Both the position numbers and the translations under genes were made by a program. A DNA stretch of 64,000 bases. It comes from Macrostomum lignano (taxonomy: Eukaryota). Of the stretch, positions 13,979-28,600 are shown in pieces; the first letter of the stretch is position 1; each line of letters begins with the position of its first letter. The notes under the pieces were generated by a model, which worked only from the letters and a program-made list of their open reading frames with translations, ran no database searches and was not told the DNA's origin. The stretch covers positions 1-64,000 of the forward strand of contig NIVC01000061.1 of NCBI GenBank assembly GCA_002269645.1, in the 5' to 3' direction.

Positions 13979-16504
13979 AATACTGGCAAAAAATCCAATC
14001 AAATAAGGGTAAGCGTGCCTGCACTCTCAGATTCTTCCCAAGTAAAATAATATCTAAAATACCGCTCCGTAGGTCTGTAAGCCTGTACTTTCCGCTCTGG
14101 TATTAAATTTCAGCTGATGCATCCACAAACATACGGGCCTGAGGCCTTCGCTTATCTCTGCTTCTCCACTTCTCTCTCCTATTTTGTTTTTCCTCTTTCT
14201 GGCTTCGCTCTCGACTTCTCTCGGGCAGTGAGTAGGCGTTGGGCTCGACATCCTTCCGCTGACTCACCGGAGAGCTCTCGAATGGTGCCAAAGCTGGGAT
14301 CGCAAGACTGAGGGCCCAGTCTCTTCAAGGGTCAGGAAAGCAGCAGTCCTTGAAATCAGCTTCCGGATAATTGTTTTTGGATAGTACTTGGACTTTTCCC
14401 TTGATTTTTACGTCAAGTATACCACGATTAGACTCTTAACACCCCGACTCTCGTGTTTCTCAAGTCTCCGGGTTCTCAATGACAGGCCAACGCTAAGGCA
14501 CAGTGAGTGTTTGCATGTACATTCTACTGTGCATAAACCCTTTGCTTATTATCACACATTCACGAGTTACGATAGCTAAAATTGGTTTCTCAAACAGTTC
14601 TCATGATGCCGATTCGCACCTGTTTTACAACTCATAGAGGAGCTCAGTCAGAATCAAAATTCGCTTTCATGAGGATAATAGTGCATCTTCTTGGGTTGAA
14701 GTCCTGAGCTGTTCCAGGCACCCTATCCTACGAGATAATTGATCCTTTGTATCCATTTTTGCCTCACCTGGGAACTTCCATATCTGCTTCAGTTTCTCCT
14801 GCCTCTGTCGCAAGCCATCGCCAGTTCCTCATTTGCTCCCTCTCTTCATCACAGGTGACAACGTGGCGAATACGAGATTATGACGCACAAATTATTCTTT
14901 CCCCGCCCCATCATTTCCACTTCATCTTTTAAAAGCACCTGGGACGCTCCAAACCGGACAGAAATGCTCACATATGCGGCACAGAACCTGTAATTCGAGC
15001 GCCACTCGTGCATCACTAAAGTGCAACAGCACCTGTTTTCATTAAAACAGGTTAGACATTGAGACACTTGCGCCGAAACGAAAGTAAATCAAGATATTGA
15101 CTAATCGTCAAATTTTGTATGCATAGACGGATCGATAACAGCTCTGCCATATTGCTGTTGCCTTTGTTCATCCAGATATTTTTGCCTCGCCTGAGCAAGT
15201 CGCAGCCAAATCGATGGGCAGATTTCTCTTCCTCTCGCCAGGCTTCGGGGGATCGGAAAATTTAATTTGAGATCCCGATTGAGAATCTTGTTTCCTGTTT
15301 GTTCGAATCATGGCTGGAGGAAAGGAGGAACATACAGACATGTGAGGAACCCAGTGCTCGGCCCTTCCAACTAACTCTTGAATTCAATAAACCTGAGCCA
15401 ATCCAGGCGACTCTATCACGCCAGTCTGTAGCATGCGAGTTCCAGTGCCTTCTTTCCATTCAGTTTTGATCAGGTCTGTCAAACTAATCGGTTCTGTTAT
15501 TGATTTCTAATTTGCTTGGCTTGAACCGGTGTAGCCGGAAGTCACAAAAAGCTAAGGCCGTTTTATTCGCGAGTACGTCGACTCCGCCATTGTCTGCTTC
15601 CGTGGCACTCCCAGCTTACAAAAGTTCCGCCCTACCTCACTCCTCATCCTACTCGCTTCACCTCACTGACTCCTCATCCTTCTCAAGCGCACTCTTCTCC
15701 GCCTCAAGACCTGTACTGCCTTTCATCTCCACCTCTTGCTGGCCTGATCGTCAGCTGCAACTGAAGTGACTGGCTGCGAGAAAGAAGTGAAGGGAAACTG
15801 TAAACACGCTCGTGCTTGCACGGGGCTGCCTTCCGCCAACCCGCAGCGGCCGAACAACTCTTTACAGAACCGGCCGGTAACAGACAGGGTTCCGTCAGAA
15901 GTCTCAGGCACTGACGCGCAAAAGTGAGTGGATTCCCCCAAAAAAGTTAAGAAGCGGTATACTCGTAAGACCTACTTGAGACGCAGTTGCAGCCCTCCTG
16001 GCCTCTTTTGCCCTTTCTCATCTCTCTTATGCAGCCGCTTTCACAGAATTTAAATGTACAAAATAATTCACCTGAGAGAGTTTACTGAGGAAAAAAGTCC
16101 ACGTCTCGGAGGGGTGGCAGTTTCACTTAATGAGGCTCCGTTTCGCAGCGGGGATCCTGGTTGCTGAGTGTACCCTCTTCAGTGCCAAAAAGGTAGCTGC
16201 TTCTCAAGCATTAGCGGTAAATTTCCGATGCTAATAATGCCACCTCTTCCTGTCAATATTTAAACTCCAATTTAATACTTTTCAACACAATAGCAGCTTT
16301 CTCATTCTGCCTGGCATTGGAACTCAAGTTTGCCACAGAGGTTCCGGTAAGGCACTTATAGTAACTGCCATTATAGCTGCTGGGGACATGAATTGCAGTC
16401 CCAACTTTCAGCCACGAGTGGAAGCAATAAATTACCATTACTATATTATATATTATGTTCTTTTTTGGCAGCTCGTGCTTAGCGTATGCTGCCCAGTCCA
16501 AAAG

Positions 16505-17807
<1,303 letters not shown>

Positions 17808-19004
17808 TCCTTCTCCATTCCTCACCCTGCCTATGTGCAGCGTGGCGCAAGTTGTTTCCCTGATTCTAAGTCGATGCGTTTAACATATCCGCTCGCAGAA
17901 CAAACGATTCTTGAAACAAACGTTTTGTTGAAACAAACTTAAACAAGAACACTAGACGAGAAGCTTTGAAGTCAATGATTATTGCTTCTATTTTTTGCTT
18001 TCAAGCATTCACAAAAAACTAAAAGTAGCTGAAATTGTTGCGACTCCTTGAAAGTTGAGAGTTGAGTTAAAACAGTCAGTTAGAAAGTTAGCAAAGAAGG
18101 TCAGAAGCGCAAGCAAATGCGGGTTGCCTCTCGATGGCGAAGAAGGTCCAGTGCCTCTACCGCATGAGCACGGCTAGACGCAAGCCTCGGTATAATAACA
18201 TTTGCCGACCAATCTCTACTTTAAAGTGCACTGAGCAATAGAAAGAACTTCTATGCGCCACTGGCAGCCAATTTCCATGGCTGGCTGAGCCCAATCAGAA
18301 GGCCGAACGCACTTACTGGGCCAGCCCCCTGTGACAGCTTACCCGCCAGACTGTATTCCCTGATGCCTGTTTTCTGCCTTTTTTCCAACGAAAAATCCAC
18401 TCTGTTTCATTTTGTAATCAGAGAAATGGCCGATCCGACCCTGTCTGGGCCACTTGAATATGACTCTGCTGGGGGGGGGGGCATCATTTGATTGAGCCGA
18501 CACACTGAGACTTGCGATATTCACGCGCTTATACGGCTGGACTTGGCTGAAAATTTAATTACAGCGCCCGGTTTCGGCTCTAAATTCCAGCATATTTTAC
18601 AATTTCTCATTGAAATGAACCGCGCCAAATGCCCCGCTCTGTTTTAGCCAAGTTTTCACGGTTTTCAGCCTTGACGATGGAAAACTTATTTACGTCAATA
18701 TTTATTCAGCTCAGTTTCTAACTAATCAATCCTGATGAATCGAGATTTCATCCAACTCATTTTTTTGTTTTTCCCCACTGTCTAAGCCGCGGCAGTGTGA
18801 CTGGCCAGCGGGGCCCAGCGAATCGCCGCTGGTCGGATGTGGAAAGGAGCCGAGACAGCCCACACGGACTGAAATAGCAGGCCAGATAGTGCATAAAAAC
18901 AAGGACTGCCGCGGCCCAACTGCTAAAGACGCGCCGAGGAAGCTCAGGCGGAAAGTGAACTACGCTATACTTGGCTTCAAAGTCTGCGGCAGCCAGCTCC
19001 AGAT

Positions 19005-20310
19005 ATGCTCACGGGCGAGTGCTCAGTCGGAATCGGGAATTTGAGTGAGCCAATCAATGAGACGCTATATTTAAGTAAAAAAGCTCAAGCTGATGAGCTG
19101 ATATTCCACACCATCTGCATCGTGGTGGGCTTGGTTGGCCTCGTGCTGAACAGCCTGTCGCTTATCGTGTTCGCCAAAGTGTTCTTCAAGTCCAGCAAGC
19201 GCAATAACTTTCACCTGTTCTTTCTGCTGCTGAGCTTCTGCGAAATCACGTTCTGCATCGGCAGCGTGATGACCTACTCAATTCAAATGGTCAGCAATAC
19301 GGAGCCGTACAGTTGGACCGGGTTCGACCCTAGCCTCGGCGAGAAGGTCGACATCAGTTTTTACTCCTCCGTCAATCTGCCAGGCGGCAGCAGCAACGCT
19401 GCGGTGGTGCTCTTCGCCGGGGTGGCCAACCTGTCCAACTACCTGGCCGTGCTGTCGCAGTTCTCGCGCAACTGCTGGGTCGGCATCACCGCCCTGCTGC
19501 GCTGCTACATCGCTACTCGACGAACCAACGTTCAGGTAAGTCGGGCAATGCAGGATGCCTTTCGGATAGCTTCCAGCGCATCATTTGCTAATGACTGAAT
19601 AAATAAACATTCCACAGGTGAATAAGATTTACGCCACCAGACGCATACTACTAATGTTCTTCGTGAAGCTATTCATCATAATCGGGCTGGCCATCGTTCG
19701 TACTTACCTAAAGGACCCAGGTAGTTTTATGCGCATGGAAGTATACATGTGCAATACCAGCGACTGGGTGACCAGCTCTCGGCTGTTGCTGCATATGCCC
19801 AATAAGCAGCCAAAGTACTGGAGCCACGTGGACATGGGCTGGAACATCCTGGCGCAGTTTATTCCCCTGGTGGTCATCATCGCCAGCTCCGTGATCCTTG
19901 TGTTCTCGCTGCGCAACGGGGCCGGCGTCGGCAGCAGCAGCGCCGAGAGGAACAAGCGGGTCACTCGCATGGTGATCATCTTTGCCATCACCTTCGCGGT
20001 GCTGGAGGGCCCGAGGGCCATCGTCTACGCTATTCCACGGCATTTGCGCTTGCGCAGACTGCCTCAGGTTACATTTTTTCTGTCGCAAGCGGACTCAATC
20101 GTGAACGTGTTCATTTATTTCTTCAATGATCAGCACTTTCGGAAGGCTCTGTGCGGAGAGCAACAAGCGAACGGCTCTCGTCAGCCGCGGCCGCCGCAGA
20201 CGCAGCAGCAACGGGGCTCTTGCGACGCCTGCGAGGAGGTTGGCATGCTACCAACCAGAGACAGACGGAAAAGCTCTGGCCTGGAGGGACAGGACCCAGC
20301 CGAGGAATAA
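19005..20310 (+). CDS. Class A (rhodopsin-like) orphan GPCR, peptide/chemosensory-receptor-like
   Basis: Exons 19005-19535 and 19618-20310 joined by a phase-0 GTAAGT...CACAG intron. Seven hydrophobic segments, N-terminal NLS and NET sequons, TM1 GLVLN, TM3 end LLRC, TM5 QFIP, TM6 FAVLEGP, TM7 DSIVNVFIY, helix 8 FRKAL. Confidence 0.9.
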
Positions 20311-22164
20311 CTCATTTTAGCATCGCACGCTAAGCATCGGCTTGCGCAAACAGCGGTACCCGAAAAGCCTGGGAACTTGGTTGGCTGTCCCAACCTCGCA
20401 GGTCTTGGGAGGGCGTTGTGGTGCATAATGCATGAAAATTAAACAAAAATGCTTTGCTGTCATTCTTAACTGCCTGGCTTGGACAAACTTTCTCCCCATC
20501 CCTACTCTTTCCGCCGCTGTCGTATTTTCTTTTTTTGCCTCCCCCTACCGCTGCTAGTTTCCAGTTTCCTATAAATTCCCTCCTGAGCATCGGCAAGCGA
20601 GCAGCAAAAGAAAATAAGAAGGTAGAAATTTCTGGACTTGGAAGAGAACTCACCCTCAGAAGGTGCGTCCTCACGTGCATACCCGGCGTTCGATTCTCGC
20701 TAATTTCACACAACTTTTTTGACACCTGTGTTTGCTTGTTCGTTCTGTCGGTTAGCATGTCTTTTAGAATGAAATTCGCCAGTTCGGTGTTGACCTACCC
20801 GAGTGAAATGTCAATTTGGACAGCCGGCTGAGGGCTGCCAGGCTAATTTGTTCTTCGATAAGAGTCGCTGACTTTGGCAAAGAAGCAAGACTAACACAGT
20901 TTAGCGTAGCTGAGCCCCAGCACAGATAGCTGTGCAAGCTGTCAGCGCATTGAGCCAGTCCGATCTGCACCTTTGTTTTTTAGTCAGTAATTAATTAGCC
21001 TGTTTTGTATCACGTCCGACTTTATACTTTCTCATCACCAATGGCGCCATCACGCTCTGTTCAATATGCTATACGAGCTCTATTTTGTTTATTTCGAAAA
21101 CTAGACTGTTGTAGAAATAAAGCCAGATAAGACGCTTACCTGTCGCTGACCGGGTCCTGGCTGGGTCCTGCATGGCCAGCCCGAAAAAGTTGGCATTCGA
21201 CTTGACGATTTGTTGAAAAAGCAGGAGAGGGTGGGGAGGGGAGCAGAAATCCAACTTCAGATGGGCTCCGGCTCTCGATCAAGATTGTGCCTCAGTTGTT
21301 CTTTTTCCAATTGCCTTCGTCAATGTTTGTCCAGTCATTGCCATTCAGAAGTCGCATGTGTCCCCTGGCCTTCCCTCCCTCTGAGTTGGAATGCTAAATA
21401 AAAGACAGAAAAATGGGGAGCTTTGTGACCGCCTCCGAGCGCTCGGGGACGCTTGCTGGACAGAAATTTCCGCTAACAAACCTGGAAATATTAGAACCCA
21501 CCTGCTGCCTAGTCTTTACCTCTCGCTTCACAATTTCTTGGCTTGCCCAGAAATTTCTACCTCTCAGCCGTGCCCCTCTCTGCTTGCTGCCCGTCAGTTC
21601 CCAGATGCCGTTCCTCACCGATCTCGGAGCAGCCCCCGTCTGCTGCCTGTCACAAAGAAGCATTCTCAGCTTACTCGGACGAAGAACGAAGTCTCGCTCA
21701 GCCTGTCTATTCCTATGCCGCCGCTATTTCCCCTGCATCATGCGGCGCCTTCGTGTCCAACTGTGCGCCTGGCGTTCCGTCTGGCTAAGGCCGAGTGCGC
21801 CTACGAAGTTCGTAGATAGTAAATTTCTCTGCGAAGATTTGACAGCTATTAATTCGGATAATCACGCTTCTGTGCCAAGTTGGCAACTCTAAATTTAGTT
21901 TAGATAATCTTACAGCCGCTCAATCAGCGGCTTTGTGTGATATTAGCACCATCCCTACCCATAAAAGACAATGCAAAAGTCAAGCTAAAAACACCGAAGT
22001 CCAAATTAAGCTTGACTTTTCATCCAAAAAGTCTCCAAAATTTTGACAGACGAAAAGTTGCGGTGCCACATTACGATTACCATACGATACGATAATATGC
22101 TACGAAAACTTCTAAATATTCTTGTACCAACCTCTCTGTGTCCCAACCCCCAACCCGGACTCCC

Positions 22165-23325
22165 CTACTCCCCCCAGAAACCATAACCTCAGACTCCCGA
22201 CCCCAAACTCCCCACCCCAGACTCTCTACCCCAAACTCCCCAATCCAGACTCCCTACCTCAGACTCCTCACCCTAGACTCCCTACCCCAGACTCCCCACT
22301 TCAGACTCCCCATTCCAGACCCCCCACCCCAGACTCCCCACCCCAGACGACTCCCTACCCCAGACTCCCCACCCCAGACGACTCCCTACCCCAGACTCCC
22401 TACCCCAGACTCCCTACCCCAGAATCCCTACCCCAGAATCCCTACCCCAGACTCCCTACCCCAGACTCCCTACCCCAGACTCCCTACCCCAGAATCCCTA
22501 CCCCAGACTCCCTACCCCAGACTCCCTACCCCAGACTCCCTACCCCAGACTCCCTACCCCAGACTCCCTACCCCAGAATCCCTACCCCAGACTCCCTACC
22601 CCAGACTCCCTACCCCAGTCTCCCACCCCAGACTCCCTACCCCAGACTCCCTACCCCAGACTCCCTACCCCAGACTCCATACCCCAGACTCCCACCCCAG
22701 ACTCCCTACCCCAGACTCCCTACCCCAGACTCCCTACCCCAGACTCCCTACCCCAGACTCCCTACCCCAGACTCCCTACCCCAGACTCCATACCCCAGAC
22801 TCCCTACCCCAGACTCCCTACCCCAGACTCCCTACCCCAGACTCCCTACCCCAGACTCCCTACCCCAGACTCTCTACCCCAGACTCCCTACCCCAGACTC
22901 CCTACCCCAGACTCCCTACCCCAGACTCCCTACCCCAGACTCCCTACCCCAGACTCCCTACCCAGACTCCCTACCCCAGACTCCCTACCCCAGACTCTCT
23001 ACCCCAGACTCCCTACCCCAGACTCCCTACCCCAGACTCCCTACCCCAGACTCTCTACCCCAGACTCCCTACCCCAGACTCCCACCCCAGACTCCCTACC
23101 CCAGACTCCCTACCCAGACTCCCTACCCCAGACTCCCTACCCCAGACTCTCTACCCCAGACTCCCTACCCCAGACTCCCTACCCCAGACTCCCTACCCCA
23201 GACTCTCTACCCCAGACTCCCTACCCCAGACTCCCACCCCAGACTCCCTACCCCAGACTCCCTACCCAGACTCCCACCCCAGACTCCCTACCCCAGACTC
23301 CCTACCCCAGACTCCCCACCCCAGA
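22165..23325. repeat. 14-bp C-rich minisatellite (CCCCAGACTCCCTA)n
   Basis: About 1.15 kb array with point variants; explains the PQTPYPRLPTPDSL ORFs. Confidence 0.95.
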
Positions 23326-24115
23326 GCCAGAATCCCGCAAGCCCATCATTCAGACCCTTATAGCCGGTTTCCACACTATTTGAAATATGCGTGACCGTCT
23401 CTACCCTGTTGAAAGCGGCAATGAATGAAATCTTGCTGTCTTGCCAATACAAAGCTAATGGTGTGGGACTCAAAATTAATCAATCGCACGGAAAAGTGTT
23501 CGAAAGTCAGCTAATTCCCAATGGTTCGCCAATCTGGACTATATTTCTGTATTAAGGTAAAACACACGAAGAGGAGAGAAGGGAGGAAGGCTGCTTAGTC
23601 GCAGTCGAGCCGCGAGTGTCCCAGTCTAACAGCCACGGCCTGGCGCATGACAATATAAATCAACACCTGGGTGGGCAGAATGAATCAAAGCCGAGATTTT
23701 AGAGCCTCTGCCCAGCCACCTCTTGCCGACAGTAGATTCTGATAACTAGTGCGTGACAGCTCCGCGGAATCGCAGGCGTGCCGTGAATGCCTGCTTCACA
23801 GCTTAAACAGCTTAAGCTTTGCTGTTCTGTTGGCTTTTAATGGATCAGACTCTGCTAACTGATATAAAAAATGTGCATGCATATATACATATACTCGTAT
23901 TTACGGACTTATCGAACTTGATTTTCCCCCATGTAGAAGATCTGCAACTCAAATTATGAAATTGCCATTGATGCTGCAATGCTGACTCAGTTTTTTTAAT
24001 AGAACCTCACCATATCGTTAAGGGAGTTCAAGGAGGATGGCTTTTTGTTCGTTTTTTTGTTTTTACCGGGCATATATTACCAGTATCGAATGGCCAATGC
24101 TTTGTCCATGAGCTC

Positions 24116-24263
24116 GCTGTAAAATGGGTGCCAGCATTAGCTGGGGTAATTGAGGGTGAGGGTGTGGCGACCCTCCAGTCCTTGGACTGAACAGCCGTGC
24201 AATAGCTGCGGCTGAGCTGTCGGTTGCACATCTAGCTGTCCATTAGGGCAGGTGTAAGAAAAA
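24116..24263 (+). mobile_element. 5'-truncated copy of the SINE seen at 45145-45440
   Basis: Shares GCTGTAAAATGGGTGCCAGCATTAGCTGGGGTAATTGAGGGT, then GCAATAGCTG..GCTG.GCTGTCGGTTGCACATCT and GGGCAGGTGTAA, with the full-length copy; ends in an A-rich tail. Confidence 0.8.
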
Positions 24264-24388
24264 ATGTGGGAGCACCAGTATGGACTGCCTCTGTCAGTGA
24301 ACGAGAGACCTCGAGCCTTAGCCGGCTAGGCAGCGAAAGGAATAGGAAATGCATCAGAACTGTTCATTGTTCTTTCAGAAGTACTAAG

Positions 24389-25685
24389 TAGGGGTGTTCG
24401 GGGTTCGGGGTCGGGTCGGGTTTCGGGTCGGGTTTTGGTACCGGGTTCGGGGTTCGGGGTAGGTGTTCCGGGTCGGGTTCGGGGTTCGGGGTAGGGTTAC
24501 CGGGTTCGGGGTTCGGGTCGGGTTTGGCCACCGGGTTTTCGGGGTTTTCGGGGTTTTGAACAATTATCATTCTCAAGAGTATTTTCAAGCACTTTTTACT
24601 CCTTATGCAAAATCCACAATGCGAAAGATATGCATTGAGTTTCAGGTACAACTTAAGTTATATTTTACATACAATTTGAAACGGAAATAGCAGATAGAAC
24701 CATGGATTCATTTACACTTTCTGGTAAATAAGGATTGTCGTTTTTCGACCCATTCAGTCTTGCAGTTGATGATTTAAAAAATTTCGTTCAGTAATAATTT
24801 TACATGTGCTACGTGTAACATGGTCTGAACTTCTGGATTGGATGAGGAAGCTTAAAATTTATAAATACACTATTATTCTCCACGCATCAGTCGCCAATAA
24901 TCAATTATCACAATGATTACCTACTCATATCAGCATACAATTTTATGTAAAGACGTCACTTTAGTTTTTACATAGCAATTCTGTTATACCACTACTGACT
25001 TACTGTTAACTGTAGTCAAAAGTAAAAATAAATATATATTTGTGATTAACTCTCCTGTTTCATTGTATCATTGTTTTATCTGTGCTATCTCTTTATCGCT
25101 CTAGTTCTATCTCTACTGATATCTACACTACAGGGTATAATCTAATTTTATTGTACTCTATTTTTGCAGCTTAAATAAACTCATAGATGTAATATTACTA
25201 TTATTATTCATTTACTTTGTCTATGAGCCCAGTATGTAGTCTACTATCTAGCATCTACTGAAAATAAATGACAAAGGACCGAATTAACTAACATTGTAAC
25301 TAACAATTACAGTTTGAATTTCCTGAAGCTGAAGGATAAGAATTGTGCAATATAATTTACACTTATCCAACAAATATAAACTGTGTTTGTCCCAAGTCAT
25401 TCATGAGCTAACGTCGCGCCCAAAAGGCTTACAATTGAAGTGAAATACAAATTAATATTGTACCTTTATCGGTGGAAAAAGTGTATTAATTTATTAAAAT
25501 GATTGACCAAAATAAGCGTGAAAATGTTCGGGGTTACGTTCGGGGTCGGGTCGGGTTTTGGTACCGGGTTCGGGGTTCGGGGGTTGGAAGAAATGTTTGG
25601 GACGGGGTTCGGGGTTCGGGGTAGGGGTACCGGGTTCGGGGTAAACCCCCGAACCCCGAAAAAATGACCGACCCGAACACCCCTA
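24389..25685. mobile_element. Non-autonomous hAT-superfamily DNA transposon (1,297 bp)
   Basis: Perfect 14-bp TIR TAGGGGTGTTCGGG (24389-24402; reverse complement at 25672-25685), perfect 8-bp TSD GTACTAAG (24381-24388 and 25686-25693), subterminal CGGGTT/CGGGGT arrays at both ends, AT-rich interior without a transposase ORF. Confidence 0.92.
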
Positions 25686-28600
25686 GTACTAAGTGTCTAT
25701 TAAGATTAAAAAATGTCTTTTAGACGAACCGTCGGAGTTTCATTGCAAGCAGAGTACATCTTACTTCAATGATTGCTTTTTCTACGTAAATTGGTCTAGA
25801 CCTGGACAGGAGCTTAGCTATGTAGGAAAATCGTTAGAATTTAGCACGGCAATGCGGACTATGCTATGGAAAATTCTTGGAATTTTTTTTACAAGATTAA
25901 AAAATATCCAGCTGTCTGAAATCTTTTTTCAGTATTTAGTAAAAAATAAGTTTCACGGCTTGTCTAACGATTGAGGCCCGGTTTTCGGGGAGCCTGTCGC
26001 CTCGGCGTTGTTGGGGAATTAGGCTAGATAAAATCGCAATTTTTCGCATGCATGACTGAAGAGCCTCGGTGGGTTGTTGGTGGGAGTGGCCAAATTGGCC
26101 GACCTCAGCCTGGCTTCTCGGCTACTTGCGCAAATCGGCTACTTGAAAAAATCAATGGTGTCGGCAGGAAGGGAGAAAATATGGCTGAGACAAAAATCCC
26201 CACGCATGCAGATGATTTCATTCCTGCAGCGGCCGCACGGATTGTCAAACGGATTTAGGATTAATGGTTTCTCTACTCTGGCCTCATCCAGAGGGGGGCT
26301 AGACGACAGCAATTATCGGCGCAGTTGTCTCTCAATTAGCGAGGCTCTCCCTCCCATCAGGCTGGGAAAGGAGACACCGGGGAAATTCTCCAAAGCACTC
26401 GAATCCCTGGTGTCTACTCTTTCGCTTCGCTTCGCTCTTAAGAAATCGTTCGGTCAATACTAGCTTTGTGAATTCTCAGAATCTCGCATAAATCCCCGCT
26501 ATTTCGCTTTTCGCCGTTTTCACTTTCGTCCCGCAATCGGGCGCCAATCGCGAGTAATTCGACTACTAAAGCAGCTTAGGCAGGGTGGGCGGGTCTGGGC
26601 TGGTCTTGAGAGGCCTGAAAGGCAAATTCGCAAAACGGAGAAAGCGCAGGCTTTCAGAGCAGCGCAAATCGTTGGAGGGGGGGGGCAAAGGCAGGAGGAG
26701 GACAAAAATGTGCGCCATGCAAAATGCTAACGAGATTACAGCTGTCTATCAGCTGGGAGTGAGGGGCGGAGAGGTCGGCTGATCTCTGCACCAGAGAGGA
26801 CTCCAGGCGAGGGGGGAGGTCCATGAGCAAACTGAGAAACTCAATCGATGCAATTGCTCTACTGCTGCTCCAATGCGGCTTTCCCAGCTAGCTTTTTTCG
26901 AGGCGTTTGGTCTGAAACAAAATTTGAGTCTCCCGAGAAGAATTGGCCAATCTATTTAGCGCAGACTGGGCAGCCGGCCTCATCTCGAGGCGTATCGGTG
27001 TCGCACAGAAGCTGGGCTCTGCTGCTCAATCAATCAGATGGCACTGGCTCGATATGAAGTGCAGGGCCAGGCCCTACGAGCCAAGGACAAAGTGTGTTTT
27101 GAGCGACACACTATACAGACAAACACTCATTGTTTCACTGAGAAACTCAGCCGGGTTAGCTTCAACGATTGCAGAGTAGCAGAGGCGTAAGTAAAGGCGA
27201 GCGCTTGTGTCAATAGCTCAACACGCTGTTTGCTCTCCAGACACAATCAATATAACCTTTATCACACGATCGGTTACCTCTCGCGCTCCCGTTTCAGTAA
27301 GACAATGAAAATTAGAGGGTAAAGATAATATTGTGCGGGTTTGGGCATTGGAGGATTAACGGGAATTAGGAGGTGTGGGTTCTCCATTGAGCAGTGTCTG
27401 ACCGTGCGAGAGCTAGCAACAGTGAGGTATGAGGTGCGGTCGATCTGCAGGCGCATTGATCGAGTCCAAGAATCCTCGACCACTCGATTCACAGCGCCCG
27501 TCCTTGCATTAGCCCAGACACTCCTAATCGTTACAGACAAGAACATTTCTGGCCATGGCATTGTCTCGGGGGTAAATGCAGTGTTGGCAACCTTGGGCAA
27601 GGAGACATAATTTCGGTGCAGAATCCATGCAGTTCACAAGGCACAAAAAAGTAACACAACCGAGATTCTGGCTATCTAACTAATGCGTTTTGTGGAAAAT
27701 TAGGGGCTCAAATGATCCATGTCACCCCAAGCGGTCTTATAACCTGAGCTCTGCTTGCCTAATTAAAATACCCTGCGCAAAAAATTTCAGCAAAAATATG
27801 AGGAAATTAAAAACAAATTCAAGGCAAACTCAAGCTTTTAGTGTTAGCAAAGAAAAGTACATTGCTGAAATTTTGCTTTCTTCGAAAAATTTAATCATCT
27901 AAAAACTTTTGCTGTTTGGAATATTTATCTGATAATAGCCTGGTTTTATTACCAAGCTCTGGTTTGCTTATTAATTAAGGGTTCCTTCCCCAAAGCGAAG
28001 CTTGAGCAATGCACAAAAGGGTATGTTTAATTTGTCTCTCAGTAGTGAGCGTTAATAACCACTTCGATTTTGAGAGAAGCAACTGCCAAGCTGCTCACAG
28101 ATCTGCTTTGAAGAAAACAAAATTATTTGTCACGTGCTCACATTCCTACATGTACTGACTTCCATCTTAGGTGAAAAAAGGATATGCAAAAGCTGTGTAA
28201 GTTGCAAAGTTCTTGCGGCACTTCAAGCAGGCAGACTGTTGTTCTGCAAAATGAAAGTTGCTTGAACGAAGAACTCTCCAGCTAAAAGGTGTCTTCTGGC
28301 TCTCATATTAAACAGCAATTATCCGTTAACGTAAACTCCGGATATATTAGCTGTTAGCTGTTAGCTGCCAACATATTATTGCAAAATTATTTGGAGTCCC
28401 GCTTGTTTGCAGTGCAGCTGAACTTTAAATGCTCATAACTTTGAATCGGTTGCACTTGCGAGTCGTAAAACGATAATTTGTCAACTTTCTAGAAGAATAT
28501 TGCAGAAAAAATGCATCACATGTTTTAAAATTGTAAAATAATAACATTAATACTTTAAATATTGCACTGTATGTAGATTTAACAGTTCAAGCCTTAATAA

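Noticed and set aside
12900-15100. Possible decayed retroelement-derived sequence
   Set aside because: No recognisable RT, endonuclease or integrase motif could be read.
22122-23394. Pro-rich 413/418-aa ORFs
   Set aside because: The 14-bp unit gives the same peptide cycling through frames, typical of a non-coding minisatellite.
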